This document shows positions 1 to 10,138 of a DNA stretch of 64,000 nt, piece by piece. The stretch covers positions 16,354 through 80,353 of the forward strand of contig JBJEDE010000033.1 of assembly GCA_051871795.1 (NCBI GenBank), written 5' to 3'. Position numbers and translations under genes: made by a program. The notes below the pieces were generated by a model. The model saw nothing but the letters and a program-made list of their open reading frames with translations. It was not told the DNA's origin and did no database searches. Position 1 is the stretch's first letter. Every line of letters starts with the position of its first letter. Origin of the DNA: Muribaculaceae bacterium (lineage in GTDB: Bacteria; Bacteroidota; Bacteroidia; Bacteroidales; Muribaculaceae).

Positions 1-990
1 CTGACCGAATCCGTTGCCGTAGAAGATGCTGTCGCCTGCGAGCGCAGTCGAGCCACTGAAGGGGAACGACGAAAGGTTCATGGCATTGTAGAAAGCTCGC
101 CGTGAGACACTTTCGGGCGCCGGACCTTCCACAGTGTAGAGGTATGTCGCGTCTTCGAAAGCGCTTTCCAAAATCTTACGTACGGAGCTGTAGTTGACCG
201 TGCGCAACGTGCGGTTGTGGGCGAATGCGTATTCGGCAATCACTCTTACAGTAGCCGGTACGGTGTATTTTTCGCCTTCTTTTTTGGGCGGATATGCGTA
301 GAGCACACTCTTCGAGCTGTTGAAGAGCACTCCGTCATTGACGCTGACAGCCGTGGCCAACGACGAGCCCACGACGTATTCGGTGACATTTGTGAGCTTT
401 GTGAGCCCGCACGAAGGATAAAAGGCCTTAAGTCCGCTTGAAAGGGTGACCTTTTTGACATTGCTGTTCCCCACAAATGCATCGGCATATATATAATATA
501 TGTAATTGCTCATTTTGAGCGCGCCATCCGTATATTTGCCCGCTGAAGGCACGCGATAAAGGTTTCTTCCGTCTTTGCTCATCAGCCAGCCGTCGGCGTT
601 TGCGGTAAACACAGTGTTGCCGTCTTCGACGATGAATTTTTGCAGCCTTACACAATATCTGAAGTTGCGCAACGAACCTTTTTCAGCTCCTATTTTCGGG
701 TCGACAGCATTGATGTCGCCGATCGTGGTAATAGAGGCGGGGATGGTGATTTGAGTCACGCCCGTGAGATTGTTCAGCGCCTCAGGTGCAATCGAGGTGA
801 CGGTGTATGTCACACCGTCGACTGTGTATGAGCTTTTGAGTGTGAGTTTGCCGCTTGTGGGTTCGGTCCCGGACCAGCCTGTGATGCGGCAAGTCTTTTT
901 CGATTTGTTGAGCTTGTCGTAGGTGTAAGTGATTGCGCCGGCCGAAACCACGGCGAGCGACATTAATAAAAAGAGTAAAAACTTTCTCAT
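1..990 (-). CDS. BspA-like leucine-rich-repeat surface protein, N-terminal ~330 aa (3' end runs off the window start)
   Basis: Absent from the ORF track because it has no stop in the window. My translation from the ATG at 988-990 gives MRKFLLFLLMSLAVVSAGA (signal peptide), then repeats such as 'ITIPASITTIGD', 'VTLSSGLKAF' and 'TVPATVRVIAEYAFAHNRTLRTV', typical of LRR_5/BspA proteins. Confidence 0.7.
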   Translation of the reverse strand, partial: MRKFLLFLLMSLAVVSAGAITYTYDKLNKSKKTCRITGWSGTEPTSGKLTLKSSYTVDGVTYTVTSIAPEALNNLTGVTQITIPASITTIGDINAVDPKIGAEKGSLRNFRYCVRLQKFIVEDGNTVFTANADGWLMSKDGRNLYRVPSAGKYTDGALKMSNYIYYIYADAFVGNSNVKKVTLSSGLKAFYPSCGLTKLTNVTEYVVGSSLATAVSVNDGVLFNSSKSVLYAYPPKKEGEKYTVPATVRVIAEYAFAHNRTLRTVNYSSVRKILESAFEDATYLYTVEGPAPESVSRRAFYNAMNLSSFPFSGSTALAGDSIFYGNGFGQ

Positions 991-1024
991 TCTCACAAAT
1001 AAAAATTACAGTATGATCAGAGCG

Positions 1025-1032
1025 CAAAAGTA
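1025..1032 (-). promoter_or_regulatory. Bacteroidetes -7 promoter box (TACTTTTG) for the LRR gene
   Basis: Matches TAnnTTTG, 35 nt upstream of the ATG at 990. Confidence 0.45.
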
Positions 1033-1129
1033 TAAAGTATTGTCTGCCCGCGCAATATGTTTCAGTCTACATCGAGTCTACATACATAATTTTATACATA
1101 AGACAGGTCTACAAGACAAAAAAATTCAG

Positions 1130-1137
1130 TATTTTTG
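1130..1137 (+). promoter_or_regulatory. Bacteroidetes -7 promoter box (TATTTTTG) for the 1203 gene
   Basis: Matches TAnnTTTG, 66 nt upstream of the ATG at 1203. Confidence 0.45.
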
Positions 1138-1202
1138 CAACGTGGCGGCATAAATACAACCCCGACCGCCGTTATCAGTCAATTTTTACCCGTAGAGTAG
1201 AT

Positions 1203-2099
1203 ATGAAACATCTGCCTAATGTTTTTGTCACAACGATATTACTCCTTCTTCTGATTTGCTGCAGAGAAGATAACGGACGTCTCTCACCTTTCCGATGGAA
1301 GACGGTAAGCCCCGAAATTGACTCGCTGACAATCACATTCGACTATGCCACCTGGCGCGCGGCACCCGTCGACACTCTGTCCGGCATCGCAGCCCGGGCA
1401 ATGACAATCGCACGTGCCGACAGCAATAACGCACGGCTGATGAGCCGGGCACATTTTTTTCAAGGAGTATGCCTTTTTAAGTCCGGCCGCCGGGCCGAGG
1501 CCGATATGGAATTTGAGCAGGCACGCACGCTCATTGATTCCGCCGGGCATCCCTATGAGGTGCGGCGTATCGATTTCTGGCTCCATGATGCAAAAGACGA
1601 GCATCGCGGAGCAGACGCATATCAGCGTACTATGCAAAACATTGATTTTTACGCAGGGATAGGTGACACAGCGCTTTTGGCGATGCAATACGGCGATTTG
1701 GGACTTTTGCTTAAAAAATACGGCGACCCGAAGCAGGCGCTCACTGCTTTCGAGACAGCTTCGGAAATGTTTGTCAGCGTCGGACTCACCAAACAAGCTC
1801 AGGGCAACATGATTAATATTGCCTCATGCCTCAGGCATACAGGCCGAGATGCCGATGCAGTGAAAATTTTGCGTAGTCTGGCAGCTGACTCGCTGTTCCG
1901 CTCCAATTATACGGCATTTCCGCTTATCTTGCTCAATATTTATTTTTGGGACAACGACACAACGGCGCTAATGCAGGCGTTGCCGATGATTATCGGCAGC
2001 GACTTGCCCATCAACCGCCGTTTGCGCGGCAGAGCTATGGCTGAATATTCGCAGGTGTTGCTGCACCGGGGCGAAGAAGATTCGGCTTATGCTTTTTAA
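1203..2099 (+). CDS. N-terminal half of a TPR-like/LuxR-type regulator (signal-anchor plus TPR-like helical repeats); ends at an in-frame TAA
   Basis: 298-aa ORF with a hydrophobic N-terminus (VFVTTILLLLLICC) and helical repeats. The stop at 2097-2099 is followed directly, in the same frame, by the ATG at 2100. Confidence 0.6.
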   Translation: MKHLPNVFVTTILLLLLICCREDNGRLSPFRWKTVSPEIDSLTITFDYATWRAAPVDTLSGIAARAMTIARADSNNARLMSRAHFFQGVCLFKSGRRAEADMEFEQARTLIDSAGHPYEVRRIDFWLHDAKDEHRGADAYQRTMQNIDFYAGIGDTALLAMQYGDLGLLLKKYGDPKQALTAFETASEMFVSVGLTKQAQGNMINIASCLRHTGRDADAVKILRSLAADSLFRSNYTAFPLILLNIYFWDNDTTALMQALPMIIGSDLPINRRLRGRAMAEYSQVLLHRGEEDSAYAF

Positions 2100-2780
2100 A
2101 TGCGAGCTCTCGGCAATCTTGATCGATCTTACATGGAAGACAGCGTTTTCATCTTGCACAATCACAGCAAGCTGCTGGAGCGAAGAGACGACTACGCGGG
2201 CGCCTTGTCGGCACTGCGACAAAGCATGGAGGTGATGCAGAGAATGAACGATGAAAACGAGCGCGAACAGATACACACGCTCGCAACTTCCAGACTCGTG
2301 TCGGACATCCGAGCCAAGGACGAACTGCGTCACCAGCGGCGCAAAATGATATGGATAGTGATTTCGCTTGCGTTGCTGATAGTTCTGCTTATCACGGTCA
2401 CGATATGGATCAGAGAACGCAACAGGCACAATCTCCGCAGGCTGGAGTCACAATTGGAGAGAGAAACACTGCAACGCAAAATAATGTCGATGCACATAGC
2501 AGCAAGCGACACCGACTCATTTCTCTACACCTTTGTCTCGATTAATCCCAATTTCACACGGCGGCTCAAAGAAGCCTATCCCGATCTCTCGCCAATGGAC
2601 CATAAATTAGCCGCCTTTGCAGCGCTCAACCTTGACATCAAGCAGGTGGCACGCATTCTGGGTATCAAGCCCGAATCAGTGAAGCAATCCCGCTGGCGGC
2701 TCCGGCGCAAGCTCGGTCTGGCGCCGGAAGTCAATCTTGAAGACGCACTCAAACCCTATCTTGATGAAGACCCCGAGTGA
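2100..2780 (+). CDS. C-terminal half of the same regulator: TM helix, coiled coil, LuxR/GerE-type HTH
   Basis: TM segment 'MIWIVISLALLIVLLITVTIWI'. C-terminal 'LSPMDHKLAAFAALNLDIKQVARILGIKPESVKQSRWRLRRKLGL' fits the LuxR-type HTH pattern. Confidence 0.65.
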   Translation: MRALGNLDRSYMEDSVFILHNHSKLLERRDDYAGALSALRQSMEVMQRMNDENEREQIHTLATSRLVSDIRAKDELRHQRRKMIWIVISLALLIVLLITVTIWIRERNRHNLRRLESQLERETLQRKIMSMHIAASDTDSFLYTFVSINPNFTRRLKEAYPDLSPMDHKLAAFAALNLDIKQVARILGIKPESVKQSRWRLRRKLGLAPEVNLEDALKPYLDEDPE

Positions 2781-2907
2781 TGACACTCCGTCAGCATAAT
2801 CAAAGTACCCGCGGGTAAATCCCGGGTTCCTGAAAATCCGCTGATCCGCTGTCGGGCGTGCCGAGGGCTTCCACCTGTTGGTCCGAAAACATGCCGGGCG
2901 AACAAAC

Positions 2908-2946
2908 AAAAATGCAGTCAGCTGAGTGTCAGCTGACTGCATTTTT
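2908..2946. terminator. Bidirectional rho-independent terminator
   Basis: Perfect 14-bp stem (atgcagtcagctga / tcagctgactgcat) with loop gtg, flanked by A5 and T5. It lies between the 3' ends of the regulator (+) and tRNA-Gln (-). Confidence 0.8.
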
Positions 2947-2952
2947 AAGGAG

Positions 2953-3023
2953 TTGCCTTGGAAGGATTCGAACCCTCACAGGCGGAACCAGAATCCGACG
3001 TGCTACCATTACACCACAAGGCA
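2953..3023 (-). tRNA. tRNA-Gln (anticodon CUG)
   Basis: Hand-folded 71-nt cloverleaf: acceptor TGCCTTG/CAAGGCA, D-arm GTGT-AATGGTA-GCAC, anticodon loop TTCTGGT, T-arm GAGGG-TTCGAAT-CCTTC. CCA is not encoded. Confidence 0.85.
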
Positions 3024-3046
3024 ATAGGTGCTGTTGTTTACGGCTG

Positions 3047-3054
3047 CAAAGTTA
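3047..3054 (-). promoter_or_regulatory. -7 promoter box (TAACTTTG) for tRNA-Gln
   Basis: TAnnTTTG, 24 nt upstream of the tRNA 5' end. Confidence 0.5.
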
Positions 3055-3253
3055 GAGAGTTTTTTCGGTTTGGCCAAATTTTTTTGCAATTATTTTTCAT
3101 CGCACCGATTTTTTTTCTTTGTGATGGGGCGTCTTTTTGCCGAAGTCTGCATTTAGAGCCGGGAGTTTGACGGTAAACAGGTGGTTTTCGGTCTCAGGCG
3201 GTTGATGTCGTGCCCCGAGACTCTGACATCGAGTGTACGAAGGTTGGAATATC

Positions 3254-3281
3254 AAAAAGCTGCGACGGATCGCAGCTTTTT
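3254..3281. terminator. Rho-independent terminator downstream of the 3302-4468 gene
   Basis: aaaaa-GCTGCGA-cgga-TCGCAGC-ttttt. Confidence 0.75.
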
Positions 3282-3301
3282 GAGATTATTGAGGGGCTGA
3301 G

Positions 3302-4468
3302 TTATTTCACCACTTTGGTGGCTCGGCCGCCGCGCACTTCGATGCAGATGCCTTCGGGGTTGTTGAGGCGCATGCCCTGAAGGTTGTAGTAAACGGCTGG
3401 AGCATTGTCGCCGTCGGCAATCACGTCGGAGATGCCTGCGGGAGCTGTGTAGTATACAGGGTCGCAGTATTCGCTTTCGCCTGTTACATTGCCTTCGTCG
3501 TCGAGCTGATAGGCTTTGACTGAGACGCCGTAGGTGTTGCCGCCGACAACGTGTTTCTTGTCAATAGCGGTGGCGTTAGTCTCGCCTTCCCACATAAGAA
3601 CGGGGAGTGTGACTTCGCCGGCAGCGTCTGCTGTGATGGAGAATTTTATCGAACGGAAGAAGAGATTGCCGTCAAACTCGTATGTATCGGGATCACCGTA
3701 AGGATAGAGCGACAGAAAGCACTCGTCTGTTGCGCCTGTAAGATCGAATGTGAGAGTCTGGAAATCGGTTGATATGGCGGTTTTGACATATTCGTCGACA
3801 ATGGCGTATTCCTGGTTGGTTTCGTCCCATGCGTAGAGGTCGCAGTAGAAATCGGCTCCTGTGCCGGAGGCAACTTCGACTGTCACGCTCACTTTCTTGT
3901 CTTTGGCAATCGAGAGGTCGTAGATGCCGGTCTCTACGGTAGCGTAAGCGCCATAATAGTAAGCGTACATGTAATTGTCCTCAACGCCGATGGCTCCGTT
4001 GATGTAAACAGGAAGCACGAACTGTGTGCCGATGAGCTGGTCGCTGGTTTCGTAGATGTAGTCCGACTCGACCGGATCTGTAATAGTGCCGGTGCTGCTG
4101 ATGCCGGTGAAGTCGGCGTTGGCAACCTGAAAAGCGGCGCCTGCGTTCACAGGGGCAATCATCGCGCCCTCGGCCACGTAGTAGTTGGCATCGGTTACGG
4201 CATCCCAGGTCACGTCGATGTCGCCCTGAGCGTTAGCAGTCATTTTTACGTTGGTCGGTACGGCCAGTGTCACTGTCTCATCCTCGGCCTTCATCATGTT
4301 TGAGGCGGGGCGGAGTTTGGACGAAAGCACACCGTTGACGGTGCGTTTTACGGCTGTGGTTGCGGGAGCTTTGGCGTTGGCCGGAAGCTGTTTTACGGCG
4401 GTTGATGCGGCGCCGGAAATAGCTACCGAACCTGCGATGAGAAGAGTAAAGAAACTTTTCATAGGCAA
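3302..4468 (-). CDS. T9SS-sorted secreted protein (signal peptide, FN3-like module, T9SS C-terminal domain)
   Basis: N-terminus MPMKSFFTLLIAGSVAISGAAS. The C-terminal 'VYYNLQGMRLNNPEGICIEVRGGRATKVVK' is the type-A Por/T9SS CTD signature. Confidence 0.8.
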   Translation of the reverse strand: MPMKSFFTLLIAGSVAISGAASTAVKQLPANAKAPATTAVKRTVNGVLSSKLRPASNMMKAEDETVTLAVPTNVKMTANAQGDIDVTWDAVTDANYYVAEGAMIAPVNAGAAFQVANADFTGISSTGTITDPVESDYIYETSDQLIGTQFVLPVYINGAIGVEDNYMYAYYYGAYATVETGIYDLSIAKDKKVSVTVEVASGTGADFYCDLYAWDETNQEYAIVDEYVKTAISTDFQTLTFDLTGATDECFLSLYPYGDPDTYEFDGNLFFRSIKFSITADAAGEVTLPVLMWEGETNATAIDKKHVVGGNTYGVSVKAYQLDDEGNVTGESEYCDPVYYTAPAGISDVIADGDNAPAVYYNLQGMRLNNPEGICIEVRGGRATKVVK

Positions 4469-4547
4469 AAATTAGAAATTGTACTGTATATTAGAGATTG
4501 TGGTAGAGATAGGTCGGAAATTGGCCGAATCACTACTAAAATTGCTG

Positions 4548-4555
4548 CAAATGTA
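4548..4555 (-). promoter_or_regulatory. -7 promoter box (TACATTTG)
   Basis: TAnnTTTG, 80 nt upstream of the ATG at 4468. Confidence 0.45.
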
Positions 4556-4606
4556 ATGATTATTTTTAAAACTCGCAAGAGAACAGGCAAATATTGTAAA
4601 AACATT

Positions 4607-4649
4607 AAAAAAATCACTGCTCAGCCATGAGGAGGAGCAGTGATTTTTT
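4607..4649 (-). terminator. Rho-independent terminator after guaD
   Basis: 10-bp stem atcactgctc/gagcagtgat flanked by A and T runs, just 3' of the guaD stop at 4668. Confidence 0.7.
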
Positions 4650-4667
4650 ATGACAGTCGGGAGGAGG

Positions 4668-6056
4668 CTATCGGGCGTCGGCGGCGTAGAGCCAGGGCGT
4701 GTCGCGCCTGCGGTCGTAGACTTTGCGTCCGGCAACGTAGGTGGCGCGGTTGCTGTCAGAGAGCCCGAGCGTGGCAAGTACGAATATTTTCTCTTCAATG
4801 TTGTTGCAGAATTGCATGCGCCAGGCGGCAAAATCGTTGGCATTGAAGTCGAGCACAGCTAAGTCGGCGTCGTAGCCGGGTGCGATACTGCCGATTTTAT
4901 GTTCGAGGTGCAGGGCTTCTGCGCCTCCGCGGGTGGCCATATACAGACTGCGCAACGGCGAAAGGCCTCGCGCGGCGAGCATGCTCACCTTGTAGGCATC
5001 GCCCATCTGGCGCAACAGGGAGAAGTTGGTGCCGGCGCCTACGTCGGTGCCCAGACCTGTGCGCACCGGGTGTGTGCTGTCCTTGGCTTCCCAATATTTG
5101 AATGCGCCGTCGCCGAGGAAGAGGTTGCTGGAGGGGCAATGCGCCACTGCGCAATCGCTGTCGCTGAGCATCTGCCATTCTTCGGGTCTGACGAGGCATG
5201 AATGGGCGAATACCGAACGGTTGCCCACGAGTCCGAAGCGATTGTAGACGTCGGTATAGTTGCGGCAGTCGGGAAAGAGTTCGGCCACCCATTTTATTTC
5301 GTCGGCGTCTTCGTCGAGATGAGTGTGCATGTACACACCTTTGTCTATATACCGTCGGTAGAGCTCGCCTGCGAGCCGGAGTTGTTCGGGAGTGGACGTG
5401 GGGGCAAAACGCGGTATCACGGCGTAGAGCTGTCGGCCCCGGCCGTGCCATTTGAGCAGCAGTTCTTCTGAAATTTCGACGCTGCGGGCGGTGTCGGCAT
5501 CGCGCAGGTAGTCGGGCAGATTTCTGTCTTGCAGCACTTTGCCGGAGATTGTGAGGGCGTTGTATCGTTCGCTTTCTTCGAATAGCGCGTCGACGCTCTG
5601 TGCAAAGGTCGTGGCGAAGACGTTGGCTGTGGTAGTGCCTTCCCGTAGTGTTTGGCGGAAGAAGATTTTTGCCACGCTGTCGGCGAAATCTTTGTCGGCG
5701 AACCGGCCTTCGGCGGGGAATGCGTAGCGGTCGAGCCAGTCGAGGAGCGAACATCCGAACGAGCCTATCATCGGAGTCTGCACATAGTGCACGTGAGTGT
5801 CAATCATGCCCGGGATGATGAGGGCGTCGGAGTAGGTGTCGATGTCGGTGAGCCCGGGATAGAGGGCTATGGTGTGCCGGTAGTCGCCGGCGCTTACGAT
5901 TTTGCCGTCGTCGATGACTATGAGTCCGTCGTGGACGCAGAAGCAGGATTGTGCTTCGTCAGTGATAAAGGGGTCGGCGCAGAATGTCAGAAACGAGCCG
6001 CGCACACCCTTCATGCCGCTCCCGGCGGGAGCGGCCGAGTGGTTGGTATTTTTCAT
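4668..6056 (-). CDS. guaD: Guanine deaminase (amidohydrolase superfamily)
   Basis: 462 aa. 'IIPGMIDTHVHYVQTPMIG' (HxH metal site), 'HCPSSNLFLGDG' and 'GLGTDVGAG' fit guanine deaminase. Confidence 0.75.
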   Translation of the reverse strand: MKNTNHSAAPAGSGMKGVRGSFLTFCADPFITDEAQSCFCVHDGLIVIDDGKIVSAGDYRHTIALYPGLTDIDTYSDALIIPGMIDTHVHYVQTPMIGSFGCSLLDWLDRYAFPAEGRFADKDFADSVAKIFFRQTLREGTTTANVFATTFAQSVDALFEESERYNALTISGKVLQDRNLPDYLRDADTARSVEISEELLLKWHGRGRQLYAVIPRFAPTSTPEQLRLAGELYRRYIDKGVYMHTHLDEDADEIKWVAELFPDCRNYTDVYNRFGLVGNRSVFAHSCLVRPEEWQMLSDSDCAVAHCPSSNLFLGDGAFKYWEAKDSTHPVRTGLGTDVGAGTNFSLLRQMGDAYKVSMLAARGLSPLRSLYMATRGGAEALHLEHKIGSIAPGYDADLAVLDFNANDFAAWRMQFCNNIEEKIFVLATLGLSDSNRATYVAGRKVYDRRRDTPWLYAADAR

Positions 6057-6090
6057 GTCGGTTATAGGTTGTGTCAGAGAGTGTATGGTG

Positions 6091-6621
6091 TCAGAAGGGG
6101 GTATAGCCTTTGTTGAAACTGTCGTCGAGAGGCTCTACCTCGCCGTAGATGGTGGCTTTGAGATTGCGGAACGAGTTGTTGACAAACACGGTGGCGTCGG
6201 CGCTGCGCGGACTGAGGACGATGGTGACGTCGCAGGGGCCCACAGTGGCGCTCACATGATACTCCACGCGTGTCTCGCCGTTGGATTTTGTCGTCATGTT
6301 GTAGCCGGTGACGGTGCCTGAGACGGTGAAGCCTCCGAGGCCGTTTGGACCGCCCGACATGCCGGGCGAAACCTGTACGAGGGCTTTGTCGCCGAGAACG
6401 TTGACAAAATTGGTCGATTCCAAGGCTCCGGGTATCGATTGGTTCTGCACTGTGAGACGGTCGGCCTTGACCTGAAATGCTTTGGCCCGGAGCACGTCGA
6501 GCGCGGTTTGGTGAGCCGCGATTTGCTCGGCTGTTGGCGGCGTTTTCAGCGATTTGCAGCCGCTGAGCGCGGTTAAGGCCAAAGCGGAGATGATGATGAG
6601 AACGTAGTGCAATGTTTTCAT
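6091..6621 (-). CDS. Hypothetical lipoprotein
   Basis: Lipobox 'ALALTALSGCKS'. No recognisable catalytic motif. Confidence 0.6.
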   Translation of the reverse strand: MKTLHYVLIIISALALTALSGCKSLKTPPTAEQIAAHQTALDVLRAKAFQVKADRLTVQNQSIPGALESTNFVNVLGDKALVQVSPGMSGGPNGLGGFTVSGTVTGYNMTTKSNGETRVEYHVSATVGPCDVTIVLSPRSADATVFVNNSFRNLKATIYGEVEPLDDSFNKGYTPF

Positions 6622-6672
6622 AACGAGTATTTATGTTTTGCCGCTTGTGTGATGGCGGCGGTGTTGAGAGAT

Positions 6673-6705
6673 AAAAAAAGCCGCGTCCGAAAGCTCGGTG
6701 CGGCT
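6673..6705 (-). terminator. Rho-independent terminator after rpsO
   Basis: On the minus strand: AGCCGC...GCGGCT stem with an inner ccga/tcgg stem, followed by T7. Confidence 0.7.
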
Positions 6706-6735
6706 CTTTGGGATTTGCGGAAATCCTGCCTGCGA

Positions 6736-7011
6736 TCAGCGGCGGATACCGAGCTCTTTTTGTGCGATGATGGCACGGTAACGGTTGATGTCTTTGCGCA
6801 TCAGGTAGTCGAGAAGGCGACGGCGTTTACCTACCAGCATTTTAAGAGCGCGTTCGGTTGTATGATCTTTGTGATTTGACTTAAGGTGCTGAGTCAAATG
6901 AGCGATACGGATAGAGAATAATGCAATCTGAGCTTCAGGTGAGCCAGTGTCAGTCTTGCCCTTGCCGTACTTCTCGAAGATCTCTACTTTTTGTTCAGAG
7001 CTTAAATGCAT
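6736..7011 (-). CDS. rpsO: 30S ribosomal protein S15
   Basis: 91 aa. 'GSPEAQIALFSIRIAHLTQHLKSNHKDHTTERALKMLVGKRRRLLDYL' is canonical S15. Confidence 0.95.
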   Translation of the reverse strand: MHLSSEQKVEIFEKYGKGKTDTGSPEAQIALFSIRIAHLTQHLKSNHKDHTTERALKMLVGKRRRLLDYLMRKDINRYRAIIAQKELGIRR

Positions 7012-7105
7012 GCTGTGAAGTAATTAAAGGTGTTAATAAAAATTTTAAGCAGTGGCGGCCATCAAATTTCATTACCAAAAAATCAGTCAGGCGCCAAAAG
7101 CGCGA

Positions 7106-7113
7106 CAAAGGTA
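7106..7113 (-). promoter_or_regulatory. -7 promoter box (TACCTTTG) for rpsO
   Basis: TAnnTTTG, 95 nt upstream of the rpsO ATG. Confidence 0.5.
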
Positions 7114-7230
7114 AGCATAATTTTTTGTACACGCAAGCGCAGCGCGGACATTTTGGCTCTGTCGAGCGTTTTGACGGTCAATTTATCGATTTTTAACAAT
7201 TGGAAGGTTGTATATCCCGCACATTCGCAG

Positions 7231-7238
7231 TAACTTTG
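7231..7238 (+). promoter_or_regulatory. -7 promoter box (TAACTTTG) for metK
   Basis: TAnnTTTG, 161 nt upstream of the metK ATG. It implies a long leader. Confidence 0.45.
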
Positions 7239-7244
7239 CAGCCG

Positions 7245-7398
7245 ATAAATGTGGACAAATTTGGCTGCTTGCAACCACAATAAAACAATGCTAAAACCGC
7301 TCAGCTTCCATATCTCATTATGGCTGATTTTTAAGGTTATGCATCGTGGTTGGCAGTGTCCGTCCATGATTTTTTTTAATTTTCAGCAATATTGAGTT
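7245..7398 (+). promoter_or_regulatory. Structured metK leader; candidate SAM-responsive element (class not established)
   Basis: TTTGGC (7262-7267) can pair with GCTAAA (7290-7295) around a GCAACC box. A weak hairpin (atcgtgg...ccatgat) followed by T8 sits just before the ATG. Confidence 0.3.
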
Positions 7399-8682
<1,284 letters not shown>

Positions 8683-8778
8683 TTTGCCACTCTGTCTCCA
8701 TCGATTGTCTGTACGGGTTGCACATCACGCGTAATTAAAAGTGAATTGGGATTTTTTTGCCAATACAAATTTAATCTG

Positions 8779-8786
8779 TATATTTG
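8779..8786 (+). promoter_or_regulatory. -7 promoter box (TATATTTG)
   Basis: TAnnTTTG, 94 nt upstream of the ATG at 8880. Confidence 0.4.
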
Positions 8787-8879
8787 CACAACGATAGCGC
8801 CGATGCCAAATGCAGGTTTGAGCACTGTGTCGGGCGCCGCGCTCAAGAGAGTAGAAAAAATAATCAAACGCATCCGCTT

Positions 8880-9257
8880 ATGACAGAATCAGACCGTAAG
8901 AGCCTCGCCGCTGATCCCGACGGACTCAAAACATACGAATACATAGCCAACCATATCGACACATGCCGCGACGACATCGATGAGCTTGTCGACAATATGG
9001 CCAAAGTGGATCTCACCGGACAGTTTCTGGCCAGCGCGGCGCGATATCTCCACGCCATCGACCCCGAAGTCTTTGCCGAGCCGGTGCACCGTCTGGTTTC
9101 GGCCACCATCGACCGCGACCGCGAGCATCGGTATCTGCCCGACATCTTGCTGAGCATTTATGGTCCGGACTATGCCGACCGTTCCGACGAGCTGCGGGCC
9201 TCCGACAACAACTTCCGGCGTATCTACAAACGTCTCTTCCCATCGACCGCAATATGA
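8880..9257 (+). CDS. Hypothetical protein (125 aa)
   Basis: I trimmed the ORF-track start to the MTESDRKS methionine, because the upstream part overlaps the promoter. Its stop overlaps the next start (ATGA). Confidence 0.5.
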   Translation: MTESDRKSLAADPDGLKTYEYIANHIDTCRDDIDELVDNMAKVDLTGQFLASAARYLHAIDPEVFAEPVHRLVSATIDRDREHRYLPDILLSIYGPDYADRSDELRASDNNFRRIYKRLFPSTAI

Positions 9258-10138
9258 AAAATTTCCTTACATCCGCTGTCTTGTGCATGGCTCTTGCCTC
9301 CTGTTCCGGCAGCTCTTCGGCTTCGAGCCGGCCAAATGACACCACTAACACAGCCACTCAAATGGACGAAAACACTCTGCCCGTCGACTCTGCCTCTGCA
9401 CAGGTCGAATTTGAAACCTCTCTCGGCAACTTCACCGTACTGCTCTACGGCGATACGCCTCTGCATCGTGACAACTTTCTGAAACTTGTGGCCGACAGCG
9501 CCTACAACGGCACTCTCTTCCACCGTGTGATCGACAGCTTTATGGTGCAGGCAGGCGATCCGGATTCAAAAACAGCACAGCCCGGCCAGCAGCTCGGCGC
9601 CGGAGACGTAGGCTACACGATTCCGGCCGAATTCCGCTATCCGAAGCATTTCCACAAGCGCGGAGCACTCGCCGCCGCACGTCAGGGCGACCAGGTGAAC
9701 CCCGAGCGCCGTTCATCGGGATGCCAGTTCTATGTTGTCACCGGCGAAAAATACAACGCTCAGCAAATCAAGCAGATGGAAAGCCGCATGGCGCAAATGC
9801 AGCTGCAAGACCACTTTAACGCTCTCGTTCAGCAGAATCAGGACAAAATACGCCGTATGCGCGCCGAGCGCGACTCATCGGGCCTCACTGCGCTGCAAAA
9901 TCAGCTCGTGGCAGAGACCGAAGCATGGGGACGCGCCAATCCTCTTAAATTTCCGGCCGAGATAATCGAGGCCTACACCACCGTGGGCGGCACGCCGCAT
10001 CTCGACGGCCAGTATACCGTCTTCGGCGAAGTCATCTCCGGCATGGATGTCATCGACAAGATCGAAAAAGTAGAAACCGACCGCAACGACCGCCCCATGG
10101 CAGATATTAAAATCCTGTCGGCCAAAATCGTGAAATGA
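9254..10138 (+). CDS. Peptidyl-prolyl cis-trans isomerase, cyclophilin type (lipoprotein, with insertion)
   Basis: 'LFHRVIDSFMVQAGDP' and 'YTVFGEVISGMDVIDKIE'. N-terminal lipobox 'LASCSG'. Confidence 0.85.
   Translation: MKNFLTSAVLCMALASCSGSSSASSRPNDTTNTATQMDENTLPVDSASAQVEFETSLGNFTVLLYGDTPLHRDNFLKLVADSAYNGTLFHRVIDSFMVQAGDPDSKTAQPGQQLGAGDVGYTIPAEFRYPKHFHKRGALAAARQGDQVNPERRSSGCQFYVVTGEKYNAQQIKQMESRMAQMQLQDHFNALVQQNQDKIRRMRAERDSSGLTALQNQLVAETEAWGRANPLKFPAEIIEAYTTVGGTPHLDGQYTVFGEVISGMDVIDKIEKVETDRNDRPMADIKILSAKIVK

Noticed and set aside
6091-6621. Assigning the small lipoprotein to DUF4251.
   Set aside because: The size and lipobox fit, but I could not find the motifs I associate with that family. 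I left it as hypothetical.
7083-7367. A 94-aa minus-strand ORF in the rpsO/metK intergenic region.
   Set aside because: It spans two divergent promoter boxes and the metK leader, and I see no recognisable protein features. I treat it as non-coding.
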